IMG/VR virus record: IMGVR_UViG_3300021963_000033 | From: a virus | Lineage: Duplodnaviria; Heunggongvirae; Uroviricota; Caudoviricetes | Strand: one strand, 5' to 3' | Length of the DNA: 64,000 nt | Shown: positions 27,402 to 35,630 of the stretch, in pieces | Layout of the letters: each line of letters opens with the position of its first letter | Numbering within the stretch: position 1 is the stretch's first letter | Notes under the pieces: model-generated | The model's input: the letters and a program-made list of their open reading frames with translations, nothing else | Databases searched by the model: none | Told to the model about the DNA's origin: nothing | Program-made: the position numbers and the translations under genes

Positions 27402-28267
27402 TAATCAATTACCTTTTTTGCATTTATTTCTGCCATTGATAATTGTCTATGTGGTTCATTGGTTATCTCCAATGCATCACCATATCCTTTACAGAATCTA
27501 CATGCATTTATGTTTATTTTTTCGCTGCTAATTGCCTCATGATAGTTTTCGTTAAACTGATCATTAATCGGTATACCATCCAGTTCCTTTAAGTCATATG
27601 GTAAAGGAACACCGATTGCTTTGTAGTATCCAGGACGATGCATACTTACAGCACACCGATAGTATTTTCCATCCATGAACGTGCCGCAATAGGTTTTCCC
27701 AGAACAAGAGGTATATACTGCTTGTGCGGTTTCTTCATCCAGTTCTTCAAATTGATCCAGCACACGAAACTCCTCTCCCCATGCCAATACTGAATGTGCT
27801 TCCTTGGACATTTCCTCTTGTTTCCAAACTCCAATACTTTTTGGATGGGACGGAACATTTTGTAAGTTCCAACGTTGTCCTCTTCTATCTAGATAGTCAA
27901 AAATCTTGTCGTAGTTTATTCCTGCATTTTCATACTTACTGAAAGTAACGATGTCACAATTGTCATAAAACTCATCTGGCATTGTCATTAGTTTCAATCC
28001 ATTCGTAAGAACGGCAGTAACATCACATAATTTGCTCTGCTTTGCGTATTTTAGATATTCTGTAATCTCTGGATTGAGCGTCGGTTCACCCCCAAGTAAA
28101 CGCAGGACACCAACATGCATGTATTGCGAGAGATTGTCTACATCTCGCTTGAAACTTTCTAAGTCTGAAAATTCTTCATCACGGTATGGAGATCCAGTGA
28201 TGCAGTTTGCGCATTTTAAATTGCAATGCCAACTTATGTAGTAATCAGTAGATCCGAGATTAATCAT
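27401..28267 (-). CDS. radical SAM protein with C-terminal Cys cluster (SPASM/twitch-like)
   Basis: CNLKCANC is a CxxxCxxC motif near the N-terminus. Extra C-terminal cysteines (CAVSM...CRFCKGYG). Confidence 0.6.
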   Translation of the reverse strand: MINLGSTDYYISWHCNLKCANCITGSPYRDEEFSDLESFKRDVDNLSQYMHVGVLRLLGGEPTLNPEITEYLKYAKQSKLCDVTAVLTNGLKLMTMPDEFYDNCDIVTFSKYENAGINYDKIFDYLDRRGQRWNLQNVPSHPKSIGVWKQEEMSKEAHSVLAWGEEFRVLDQFEELDEETAQAVYTSCSGKTYCGTFMDGKYYRCAVSMHRPGYYKAIGVPLPYDLKELDGIPINDQFNENYHEAISSEKININACRFCKGYGDALEITNEPHRQLSMAEINAKKVID

Positions 28268-28902
28268 TATTTTTCATTCCATTTAATTGATTCCAGAGTC
28301 TGCAAAAATGACTCTCGATGTGCCTCATTCCAAATAAGATAACCAATCCACTGTTTTACGCCGCGAATCTTAATTGGACCCGCAGATTTCATTGTCGGAT
28401 GAATTCTTACTCCAGGTTTGGCATAATGTTTACCGTTTTCCATAAAATATCCAGGATGTTTTTTTGGATCATTTATTTCAATGTATCTAGGATATAATCT
28501 AGAATTGTATTCATTTACTGAAGAGAATGCGCCAAACCGTCCAGTTTCCATACTTATATCTATGGCCAAATCATGAATAGCACCCTGCACTCGAGGCAGG
28601 GTGACTCCAGGGACTGTATAACTGCGAGAACTTAAATGTGTCATTTTTTCATCTATATCAGAAACTGAGAAACCACTGCCACATAAAATTCTATCATCTT
28701 TCTTATGTATTATATATCCATTACCACTACCATTATACCGTTTTTCTACATAAAGTAAATATAAAAACGAGGATTTATTTTCTTCCCATCCAACAGGACT
28801 CATGTTTTCTGCTCCTGGACGCGGATCTCCCAGAGATGCTTCACAAAATGGAAGAATCTTTTCTATGGGATAACTACTATCAATTTTCTCTAAATCAATC
28901 AT
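28267..28902 (-). CDS. hypothetical protein (possible acyltransferase-like)
   Basis: ORF translationally coupled into the operon; no firm motif. Confidence 0.45.
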   Translation of the reverse strand: MIDLEKIDSSYPIEKILPFCEASLGDPRPGAENMSPVGWEENKSSFLYLLYVEKRYNGSGNGYIIHKKDDRILCGSGFSVSDIDEKMTHLSSRSYTVPGVTLPRVQGAIHDLAIDISMETGRFGAFSSVNEYNSRLYPRYIEINDPKKHPGYFMENGKHYAKPGVRIHPTMKSAGPIKIRGVKQWIGYLIWNEAHRESFLQTLESIKWNEK

Positions 28903-29540
28903 AATATATTAAGACGAATTCGTGCTTCTTCTAGATCTTCATTAAACAAATCATCATAATTTTCTGCGAGTAAGAACTTAGCATTTGTCCCTCGCAGATA
29001 TGCATGTTTGACCATGGATAGATTTTTGTAAGAAAGACCATATTTTAATGAACCAAGCAAACATATCGCAAACCAACCAAGCGATTTTGTCTGTGCAAAT
29101 GAAAATGCTGCGAGACAAATTTCACCTGTATCATTTGCAGGATATCCTGTCAACGTGTGCCAAGTGTCATGTGTGTCGCGATACCTACGTGCCATCCAAT
29201 TATATGGATGTTTTGCTTCGATCCATTTGCTGTTGTTTGATTTTCTTCTGCTGAGTTTCAGTAAGATTTCTTGGTTCGGAAATAGTTTGTGACATTCTCT
29301 ACCAACAGACCCTTCTGGTCTCTCAGAAAGTGTCGGGAAATACTGCGAAATTTCCTCGGAGTTATACACAACCTCGCCGCCTGTTTTAGTCTTCATTAAC
29401 TGATCAAGACTCCAGCGCAATGATGGCGGATTTAATGCATGAAGGATCTCGAAAATGAAAATTGTGTTTGCAGGATTTTTGCGCAGTTTCTTAAATGCTT
29501 TGTATGCACGAAGATAGTCAATTTTGTATTCTAGTCTCAT
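28899..29540 (-). CDS. Coq4-like (HDxxH-x10-GE) family protein
   Basis: HDTWHTLTGYPANDTGE matches the Coq4 metal-binding signature. Confidence 0.35.
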   Translation of the reverse strand: MRLEYKIDYLRAYKAFKKLRKNPANTIFIFEILHALNPPSLRWSLDQLMKTKTGGEVVYNSEEISQYFPTLSERPEGSVGRECHKLFPNQEILLKLSRRKSNNSKWIEAKHPYNWMARRYRDTHDTWHTLTGYPANDTGEICLAAFSFAQTKSLGWFAICLLGSLKYGLSYKNLSMVKHAYLRGTNAKFLLAENYDDLFNEDLEEARIRLNIL

Positions 29541-30276
29541 CTACAATAACCTTCAATTCGCGAAGCACTTTTTTAATTTCAATCGGATTACTCAGGAAGG
29601 CATAGAAGTTTCCACTATCTTCCAAGTCGTAGACATATAGATGCTCATTAGTAAGAACATAGTTTATATCTGGATTATAGTATAATTTATATGATGCTAC
29701 GACATCCTCTGAACCGAGAAATGTCTCGTCGAAATCGAAGGAATTAATAACTTTCTTGGAATACAGTAACATTCTATTTTGCAGAAGATTTGCCGCCAAA
29801 AATTTACCGAGTTCGATTAGACGCAATCCATGCGAACCTTTTACGTTAGCGAACTTGTAGATATCTGCGCTGTTGAAGAACGCATTACCTGTGGTATTAG
29901 TTCCATTATAAGTCATCGCTCCATCGATCAAACCAATAACATCAACATCTGGATTTTCGTTCACAATTTTATCAAGTTTGATCAGTGAATCGGGAGCAAG
30001 ATAGTCATCTGCATCAACTTGCATGTAATAGTCATGCGAACGAGTTCGAAAAATCTCTAGAACAGAATTCTTCCCCTTCGCAGGTGTCCCGTTAGATTCA
30101 GTTACCAGAAACTCTAAATTGTATTCCTCGGCAACAGATCTCGCTTGCTCTACAAATGAAAAATCGAGAGTGTTGCATACCACAACCACATCACTGGTTT
30201 GAGGCAGAACACTCTCGATACAACGTTTTAATTTTTCAACATTCCTTGAAGTAAGGACTGCGACCAACAGATTCAT
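29518..30276 (-). CDS. family 2 glycosyltransferase (GT-A fold)
   Basis: N-terminal nucleotide-sugar binding (VVVVCNTLD) and a QVDADDY DxD motif. Confidence 0.6.
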   Translation of the reverse strand: MNLLVAVLTSRNVEKLKRCIESVLPQTSDVVVVCNTLDFSFVEQARSVAEEYNLEFLVTESNGTPAKGKNSVLEIFRTRSHDYYMQVDADDYLAPDSLIKLDKIVNENPDVDVIGLIDGAMTYNGTNTTGNAFFNSADIYKFANVKGSHGLRLIELGKFLAANLLQNRMLLYSKKVINSFDFDETFLGSEDVVASYKLYYNPDINYVLTNEHLYVYDLEDSGNFYAFLSNPIEIKKVLRELKVIVDETRIQN

Positions 30277-30590
30277 CCTACCAATGAACCTCCTGCCTTT
30301 TTTCTGATTTTTTCTACAGCGTCGCGAGTCTTCACATCCTTGGCAGATTTAGAACCATATTCCTTTGCTAAGGCAGAATTGGGATTGGCATCAGCGACGC
30401 GAGACATGACTTCCTTGAAGTGATCAGGAATCTTCCCGCCACCATCGGAACCAGGAGCATGTAAGAAGTTGATTTTCTTGTAGAGAATCTTAACTGTTCC
30501 ATCATCTGTGAGTTCTTTCATGTCATCATATGACATGGTCTGTTCCCACTCTTCACCTGTTTCTGTGTTTACAAAATCATATACTGGCAT
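30273..30590 (-). CDS. hypothetical protein
   Basis: ORF with a GAAAAGG SD; first gene of the coupled operon. Confidence 0.45.
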   Translation of the reverse strand: MPVYDFVNTETGEEWEQTMSYDDMKELTDDGTVKILYKKINFLHAPGSDGGGKIPDHFKEVMSRVADANPNSALAKEYGSKSAKDVKTRDAVEKIRKKAGGSLVG

Positions 30591-30628
30591 TGATCAACCT
30601 TTTCCGTTGTTATTCTTATACTTATAAC

Positions 30629-30703
30629 TGGTAGCCCCGAGCGGTTTCGATCCGCCTTCTCGTCAGTGAAAGTGACGTGTCCTAGCCAGTAGACGACGGG
30701 GCC
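30629..30703 (-). tRNA. tRNA-Glu(TTC)
   Basis: Cloverleaf with anticodon loop CTTTCAC, a GGTTCGAAACC-type T-arm and an encoded CCA. Confidence 0.75.
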
Positions 30704-30708
30704 ATAAA

Positions 30709-30945
30709 TTATAGACCAATAGCAGTGCGATAAGTCTCAAGAATCATATCTTCTTCTTGACGAACATGCGCTTCCTTCTTGCGGAGACGAATAATCTGGC
30801 GAGTTGCCTTAACATCGTAACCTTCGCTCTTTACATCAGCATACGCTTGTTTGCGATCTAACTTCTTATCGTCGATTTCTTTCTCGATATTTTCGATACG
30901 CTCAACCAACAAACGATACTTATCAATTGCAATAACATCAGTCAT
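30709..30945 (-). CDS. hypothetical coiled-coil protein
   Basis: ORF with an AAAGGAAG SD, directly downstream of tRNA-Cys. Confidence 0.5.
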   Translation of the reverse strand: MTDVIAIDKYRLLVERIENIEKEIDDKKLDRKQAYADVKSEGYDVKATRQIIRLRKKEAHVRQEEDMILETYRTAIGL

Positions 30946-30963
30946 AATATACTTCCTTTAGAA

Positions 30964-31041
30964 TGGAGGCACGAGTGGGATTCGAACCCACGGTTTTCAG
31001 GTTTTGCAGACCTGTGCGATGGACCACTCCGCCATCGTGCC
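30964..31041 (-). tRNA. tRNA-Cys(GCA)
   Basis: Anticodon loop CTGCAAA, T-arm GGTTCGAATCC, CCA encoded. Confidence 0.75.
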
Positions 31042-31046
31042 AAAAT

Positions 31047-31117
31047 TGGTACCAGCAGTAGGTAACGCTCCTACCAAACCAACCTTATGAGAGTCGGTCG
31101 GACACTTATCCTGCTGG
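31047..31117 (-). tRNA. atypical tRNA-like element (CAT anticodon loop)
   Basis: 7-9 bp acceptor helix plus encoded CCA, packed between two tRNAs. Loop CTCATAA on a 5-bp stem. D-region reduced and T-loop AGCGTTA non-canonical. Confidence 0.35.
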
Positions 31118-31119
31118 TA

Positions 31120-31195
31120 TGGTGCGAGTGACAGGGTTCGAACCTGTGACCTAACGATTATCGGTCGTTTGCTCTACCAACTGAGCTACACTCGC
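31120..31195 (-). tRNA. tRNA-Ile(GAT)
   Basis: Anticodon loop CCGATAA; canonical D- and T-arms. Confidence 0.75.
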
Positions 31196-31200
31196 AAATA

Positions 31201-31282
31201 TGGTGGGCACGGTGGGACTCGAACCCACAAAGTTTCCTAACGAATTTTAAGTCCGTCGCGTTTACCATTTCGCCACGTGCCC
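31201..31282 (-). tRNA. tRNA-Leu(TAA)
   Basis: Class II tRNA with a long variable arm; loop CTTAAAA. Confidence 0.7.
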
Positions 31283-31283
31283 A

Positions 31284-31359
31284 TGGGGTGATCGACGGGT
31301 ATCGAGCCCGCAACTCCGGATTCACAATCCAGCATGTATCCATTAACACCTCAACCACC
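31284..31359 (-). tRNA. tRNA-His(GTG)
   Basis: Loop TTGTGAA, an extra 5' G(-1) opposite C73, and a 3' end CACCCCA as in bacterial tRNA-His. Confidence 0.65.
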
Positions 31360-31375
31360 ATAAACTAATGCAGTG

Positions 31376-31420
31376 CCCATTACTGACGCATTACGCACCC
31401 TCGTCATGGGTTTTTGTTTT
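31376..31420 (+). terminator. plus-strand intrinsic-terminator-like hairpin
   Basis: CCCAT(TAC)TGACG...CGTCATGGG followed by TTTTTGTTTT on the plus strand. Confidence 0.35.
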
Positions 31421-31471
31421 GCTACGCTGGAAGATACCCTATCTCCCTTGGGCCACTTGACACTGCAACTT

Positions 31472-31558
31472 TGGCGGAAGGTGTGGGAGTCGAACCCACT
31501 CAACCATTTCTGGTTGACGCATTAGCAGTGCGTTGCATTACCGTCCTGCCCACCTTCC
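31472..31558 (-). tRNA. tRNA-Ser(GCT)
   Basis: Class II; loop CTGCTAA. Confidence 0.7.
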
Positions 31559-31564
31559 GTTATA

Positions 31565-32362
31565 TTACTTAACGTTTACGATACCCTTGAAGTCGTAAGG
31601 AACGATAATGGTAGAAACCTTACCTTCCTTAACTGCTTCCGCGATTGTCACAAGAGCAGTCGCTTCCATGTATTTAGTAGCACCAGCGTTGGCATTAAGA
31701 GCAGCAATACGTTCTGCTTCCAACTTCGCGGTACGAACCTCTACCAACTTCTGCTTCTCAGCATTTTGTGCCTGAACAAGTTGGTTAGCAGACGCTACGA
31801 TACTCGCAGCAGGTTTTACCTGACGAACAAGAACCTGCGAGATCGAGATAGAACCATCGAGTTTCTCAGAGGCAAGTTGCGCTACAATCTCTTGGCGAAC
31901 CAATTGCTCAATCTCAGCACGATTGTCTGCCATCTTCAATGACTCGTAACGACGAGCAACCTTGTAAGCAGCATTACGACCCAACTGACGAATGTAATTA
32001 TACATCAACAGTGTATCGCCTTCTTCGGTTTCAGCGTGGAAACCACGATTCTTTTCTACATAGATTTCAGCAGCACTAGTTGGATTGATCGAGTAGATTA
32101 CTGACATATCAAAGTCAGCAACAGTCGAGTTATCAGCAGCAAGTGGTGTCAAATCAGTTACATCAACCTGCACGTCCTTGGTAGGAAACGTCAAAACATC
32201 ACCGAAGATGGTTTGGTTCAGAGATCCTGGTTGTAGTTCGGTGGTTTCAATCTGCTTGTAAGCATCACGACGAACACCAACTTCACCAGTTTCAATACGA
32301 GTACAGGCAGCAGTGGTTGCCATCAGACCAGCGAGAAGAACGACTTTAGTAACACTTTTCAT
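31565..32362 (-). CDS. SPFH/band-7-like lipoprotein
   Basis: Start reassigned to MKSVTKVVLLAGLMATTAAC (lipobox) with an AAGGAA SD. The C-terminal Ala/Glu-rich helical region resembles SPFH proteins. Confidence 0.45.
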   Translation of the reverse strand: MKSVTKVVLLAGLMATTAACTRIETGEVGVRRDAYKQIETTELQPGSLNQTIFGDVLTFPTKDVQVDVTDLTPLAADNSTVADFDMSVIYSINPTSAAEIYVEKNRGFHAETEEGDTLLMYNYIRQLGRNAAYKVARRYESLKMADNRAEIEQLVRQEIVAQLASEKLDGSISISQVLVRQVKPAASIVASANQLVQAQNAEKQKLVEVRTAKLEAERIAALNANAGATKYMEATALVTIAEAVKEGKVSTIIVPYDFKGIVNVK

Positions 32363-32376
32363 AATAACTTTATTCC

Positions 32377-32553
32377 TTAGAAAATCAAAACGATTCCAGT
32401 AATAACGACCATCGTTAATACAGTACACACTATACTATAAGCAAGCAATTTAGTCAAGCTTATTTTTTCAGACTTATTCATTTTTCTGAAAGTATCAATG
32501 CCAACGATGAATCCAAACAGGATGACCATGAAGGCAACAATCATTTTACTCAT
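32377..32553 (-). CDS. small membrane protein (58 aa)
   Basis: AAGGAA SD; its stop overlaps the downstream RBS. Absent from the ORF track. Confidence 0.4.
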   Translation of the reverse strand: MSKMIVAFMVILFGFIVGIDTFRKMNKSEKISLTKLLAYSIVCTVLTMVVITGIVLIF

Positions 32554-32582
32554 AACAAATTCCTTAAAAATTGGTTAAAAAT

Positions 32583-32657
32583 TGGTGGATCCACTGGGAC
32601 TTGAACCCAGAATATGCGATTAAAAGTCGCGTGTGATACCTATTTCACCATGGATCC
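32583..32657 (-). tRNA. tRNA-Lys(TTT)
   Basis: Loop CTTTTAA; perfect acceptor GGATCCA/TGGATCC. Its 5' 18 nt are shared with the HEG stop region. Confidence 0.7.
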
Positions 32658-33218
32658 TGATAGATGATTCATAATACCATCTACAAACGTTTTTTTGTCA
32701 TCTAGTTTTTGATAATCAGACCATTTGACTCTAATTATCTCCCAACCAAGAGATTCAAGATATTCGTTTCTGCGAATATCACTTTTTACAACTCTTGGGT
32801 CTAGATGGTGTTGATCTCCATCAATCTCTAAATCTATCTTAGCAGCAACAAATGCAAAATCTAACTGATATGGTCCAATTTGATATTGTTCGGCATATAC
32901 CAGATTATTTGAATCGAGAACTGCCTTCCAATATTCTTCAGCATATGACCTACCCTTGGAATAATGGTTAAGTTTATACGGCACCATGTGAGGATTTTCA
33001 CGAAGAAATTTAATACGACTTTCGCTGATTTTTTTCTTCGTTTCTTCTGTCATGGGTGGTCGTTTTTTATTCGCATCACTGCGTTTTTTTCTCGACTCTT
33101 CCGTTATTTCTGGGTTGGGTAAACCAAGTTCTTTCGCTTTGGTATACTGGTTTCTTGCTGTTTTGCCTCGTTTTGCTGCCATGGCAGCATACCACTTTTC
33201 GCTTTTAGGTTTACTCAT
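32640..33218 (-). CDS. homing endonuclease-like protein (DUF559/Vsr-like PD-(D/E)xK nuclease domain plus NUMOD-like N-terminus)
   Basis: C-terminal QLDFAF...IDLEIDGDQHH...R..E..GW.IIR is the DUF559 core. AAGGAG SD. The last 5 codons are encoded by the tRNA-Lys 5' end. Confidence 0.5.
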   Translation of the reverse strand: MSKPKSEKWYAAMAAKRGKTARNQYTKAKELGLPNPEITEESRKKRSDANKKRPPMTEETKKKISESRIKFLRENPHMVPYKLNHYSKGRSYAEEYWKAVLDSNNLVYAEQYQIGPYQLDFAFVAAKIDLEIDGDQHHLDPRVVKSDIRRNEYLESLGWEIIRVKWSDYQKLDDKKTFVDGIMNHLSGSMVK

Positions 33219-33260
33219 ACTAGTCTCCTTATACTAGTATTTATATTTTTAGAGCATTTA

Positions 33261-33298
33261 ACTTAACCTTGTTGCTCTACCTACTGAGCTAATCGTCC
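33261..33298 (-). pseudogene. tRNA 5'-half fragment (acceptor plus D-arm plus partial anticodon arm)
   Basis: GGACGATTAGCTCAGTAGGTAGAGCAACAAGG has a canonical D-arm but no 3' half. It abuts the HEG leader. Confidence 0.5.
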
Positions 33299-33303
33299 GA
33301 AAC

Positions 33304-33379
33304 TGGTAGACCCTGTTGGATTCGAACCAACGACCTGCGGATTAAGAGTCCGATGCTCTACCGACTGAGCTAAGGGTCC
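33304..33379 (-). tRNA. tRNA-Lys(CTT)
   Basis: Loop CTCTTAA; canonical arms. Confidence 0.7.
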
Positions 33380-33385
33380 ATAAAA

Positions 33386-33685
33386 TTATGGATGCTTCCA
33401 AACAACCTTACGTTGTGATTTTGCAATCCGCGTTTGTTCTTCGCTATTCTTATAGAAGTCAAACCAACTATCATACTGTTTCATCGCAGCTTCTTTAGCA
33501 AGTTCCAAGGTTGGAAACGTGTTCGAAGGATACCCACGATTTGCAGATGGATAGTGCTTTATAAGGTTCCAATTATCCATGAACGGCAAGAAACGATAGG
33601 TGCAGATCGCATACTCTGCGACAAACCCATCCTGCTCATTACCACGAACACGTACTTTCAAACCGTAAGGAACTTTCTCAAACAT
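33386..33685 (-). CDS. hypothetical protein
   Basis: Start reassigned to ATG 33685 with a GGAG SD. The ORF-track N-terminus overlaps tRNA-Met. Confidence 0.45.
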   Translation of the reverse strand: MFEKVPYGLKVRVRGNEQDGFVAEYAICTYRFLPFMDNWNLIKHYPSANRGYPSNTFPTLELAKEAAMKQYDSWFDFYKNSEEQTRIAKSQRKVVWKHP

Positions 33686-33709
33686 AATATATTCTCCATA
33701 ACAAAAAAC

Positions 33710-33785
33710 TGGTAGACGAGGAGGGACTCGAACCCCCAACCAAACCGTTATGAGCGGTCGGCTCTAACCATTGAGCTACTCGTCT
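33710..33785 (-). tRNA. tRNA-Met(CAT) (elongator or Ile2-type)
   Basis: Loop CTCATAA; canonical arms. Confidence 0.7.
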
Positions 33786-33790
33786 AAACT

Positions 33791-33967
33791 TTAATACATC
33801 GGTTCTTCCGGATCGACGTCTTCAACTGAGTAGGTAGGATACCATTCAGGAGTTTCACGTTCCAAGAATTTGATCATCTCTTTCGCCTTTTCTTCGGTCG
33901 AGTAGATACCAACCATGATCGAGTGATCTCCACCAGGAGATTCATTGTTCACAACATAAACTTGCAT
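33791..33967 (-). CDS. small protein, paralog pair member 1
   Basis: AAAGGAAGG SD. Shares VGIYSTEEKAK with the neighbouring LGVYASEDEAR. Confidence 0.45.
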   Translation of the reverse strand: MQVYVVNNESPGGDHSIMVGIYSTEEKAKEMIKFLERETPEWYPTYSVEDVDPEEPMY

Positions 33968-33987
33968 AATCAACCTTCCTTTAAACT

Positions 33988-34188
33988 TTAACCGATGTAG
34001 ATCCGATACTCCTCGGAATCTACAGGAGCACCGATCGTCCGACGTTCGATGTAGTACGCATCGAGGAACCGATCACCGTCACGAGTATACACACCATGGG
34101 CATTCCGTGCTTCATCTTCCGACGCATACACGCCAAGGAGCACAGAACCTGCCATATCGAACTCACCTAACAACGCAAAAACTTCCAT
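33988..34188 (-). CDS. small protein, paralog pair member 2
   Basis: AAAGGAAA SD, downstream of promoter 34216-34244. Confidence 0.45.
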   Translation of the reverse strand: MEVFALLGEFDMAGSVLLGVYASEDEARNAHGVYTRDGDRFLDAYYIERRTIGAPVDSEEYRIYIG

Positions 34189-34215
34189 AACGATTTCCTT
34201 TCAAACTATAATATC

Positions 34216-34244
34216 ACTATACCTCGAAATGTAGAAATTGTCAA
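34216..34244 (-). promoter_or_regulatory. early promoter, family member
   Basis: GGGCTTGACA-17-TATAGT followed by GATATTATAGTTTGAAAGGAAA. Confidence 0.6.
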
Positions 34245-34246
34245 GC

Positions 34247-34285
34247 CCTAAAATAAAAAAAGTGCCAAGTTTTTTTCCTTGACAC
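34247..34285 (-). terminator. bidirectional rho-independent terminator
   Basis: GTGCCAAG-TTTTTTT-CCTTGACAC hairpin flanked by A- and T-tracts, between the tRNA sub-array and the next promoter. Confidence 0.55.
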
Positions 34286-34294
34286 TTTTTATTA

Positions 34295-34384
<90 letters not shown>

Positions 34385-34389
34385 TAATC

Positions 34390-34465
34390 TGGATGCCCTA
34401 CCACGACTCGAACGTGGAACCTTCTGAATCAAAATCAGACGTGCTGCCAATTGCACCATAGGGCA
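34390..34465 (-). tRNA. tRNA-Gln(TTG)
   Basis: Loop TTTTGAT; T-arm CCACGTTCGAGTCGTGG. Confidence 0.7.
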
Positions 34466-34466
34466 C

Positions 34467-34541
34467 TGGTACAGGATGACGGGATTGAACCGCCGACCGC
34501 CTCGGTGTAAACGAGATGCTCTACCGCTGAGCTAATCCTGC
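34467..34541 (-). tRNA. tRNA-Val(TAC)
   Basis: Loop TTTACAC; canonical D-arm GCTCAGCGGTAGAGC. Confidence 0.7.
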
Positions 34542-34544
34542 AAA

Positions 34545-34994
34545 TTAATGTCTTACCACGTGATCAGCAGCATGTGTTGCCGCGAAAGACTCTGGTTTGA
34601 TTTTAGCATCAAGACCCGTAGTTCCCTTAACATACCCCAATGCTTCTTTAACAGCAATGCTGGATTTATGCCTAGGATCGGGATTGATGTCAAGATGGAT
34701 TTCTAGATGTCGACTACCAACCACATCAACAATTGCTGTTGCTGCTTCAATGGCAAATCCTGCTTCGGTGATCAGACGTTGCCGTAAGTTACCGAAGTCG
34801 CGCATCTCTACGTTTCTAGAGAATATTTTACCACCATGTTTTGAGTCCATGTGAAGAATAATAACAGTGGAATACTTAGCATACCACTCACCACTACGCT
34901 TCTTGAATCTTATTGAATCGGCACCGATATAAACAGATGACGTTTCACTTGAATTTAGAATTGCTTCTCTTGCTTCATCATACATAAAAATCAT
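34545..34994 (-). CDS. hypothetical protein
   Basis: ORF immediately downstream of the tRNAs; start uncertain. Confidence 0.4.
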   Translation of the reverse strand: MIFMYDEAREAILNSSETSSVYIGADSIRFKKRSGEWYAKYSTVIILHMDSKHGGKIFSRNVEMRDFGNLRQRLITEAGFAIEAATAIVDVVGSRHLEIHLDINPDPRHKSSIAVKEALGYVKGTTGLDAKIKPESFAATHAADHVVRH

Positions 34995-35071
34995 CCATTT
35001 ATAAATAAGTTTGTGTGGTTCACGATGTTGACGCATCCAACCACTCTAACGCTTTCAAGGAGCATCAGCAC

Positions 35072-35569
35072 ATGATTATATATCTCTACGTCAAACAACA
35101 TTCTATTACTGGACTAAAATATTTCGGCAAAACCAAACGAAATCCATTTACATATAATGGATCTGGTACTAGATGGTCAAATCACATAAAAAAACATGGT
35201 AGTAAATTCATCACTACCATAGAAATATGGGGATTCGACGACCAATCATGCTGCACAGACTTTGCCTTAAGATTTTCAGAAGAAAATGATATAGTAAAAT
35301 CCGCCGATTGGGCAAATCTAAAACCAGAAGATGCCCTTGATGGCGGTAAAACCATGGAGTGGACAGAAGAAAAACGATTAGCACAAAGCAACCGTTTGAA
35401 GGGTAGAATTTGGTCTGTCGAGAGAAACATCAAAATGGCAAATTCTAAAAGAGGTAAAAAAAGACAAGTTCTAGAATGCCCCCATTGTGGTAAAATAGGC
35501 GGGGACAATAATATGTCACGTTGGCACTTCGATAATTGTAAATGGCGAAGGTGCTCAGAATCGAACTGA
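35072..35569 (+). CDS. GIY-YIG homing endonuclease with NUMOD3 motif
   Basis: IIYLYVKQHSITGLKYFGKT is GIY-YIG. A NUMOD3-like EEKRLAQSNRLKG follows. AAGGAG SD. Only clear plus-strand gene in the array. Confidence 0.65.
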   Translation: MIIYLYVKQHSITGLKYFGKTKRNPFTYNGSGTRWSNHIKKHGSKFITTIEIWGFDDQSCCTDFALRFSEENDIVKSADWANLKPEDALDGGKTMEWTEEKRLAQSNRLKGRIWSVERNIKMANSKRGKKRQVLECPHCGKIGGDNNMSRWHFDNCKWRRCSESN

Positions 35570-35607
35570 GTTCTCAAGGTTTTGGAGACCTGCGGATTAC
35601 CATCTTC
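35543..35607 (-). tRNA. atypical/truncated tRNA-like element (CCA anticodon loop, Trp-like)
   Basis: Canonical T-arm CTCAGTTCGATTCTGAG, acceptor 3' strand plus CCA, loop CTCCAAA, but only about 10 nt in place of a D-arm. Its T-arm overlaps the GIY-YIG stop. Confidence 0.35.
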
Positions 35608-35630
35608 CCCCACCGACGCAAACTTAGAAA

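Noticed and set aside
31158-31361. 67-aa ORF, and the ORFs at 36415-36636, 36453-36710, 36461-36694 and 34279-34461
   Set aside because: They are entirely overlapped by canonical tRNA genes (Ile, Leu, His, Phe, Leu, Ser/Gln). Their translation reflects conserved tRNA sequence.
32640-33300. Group I intron carrying the DUF559 endonuclease inside a tRNA gene
   Set aside because: Only 45 nt separate the tRNA 5' fragment from the endonuclease start, and the gene's stop abuts a complete tRNA-Lys. That leaves no room for P3-P9 core elements, and no matching 3' exon was found. It is interpreted as a freestanding endonuclease gene with a tRNA remnant.
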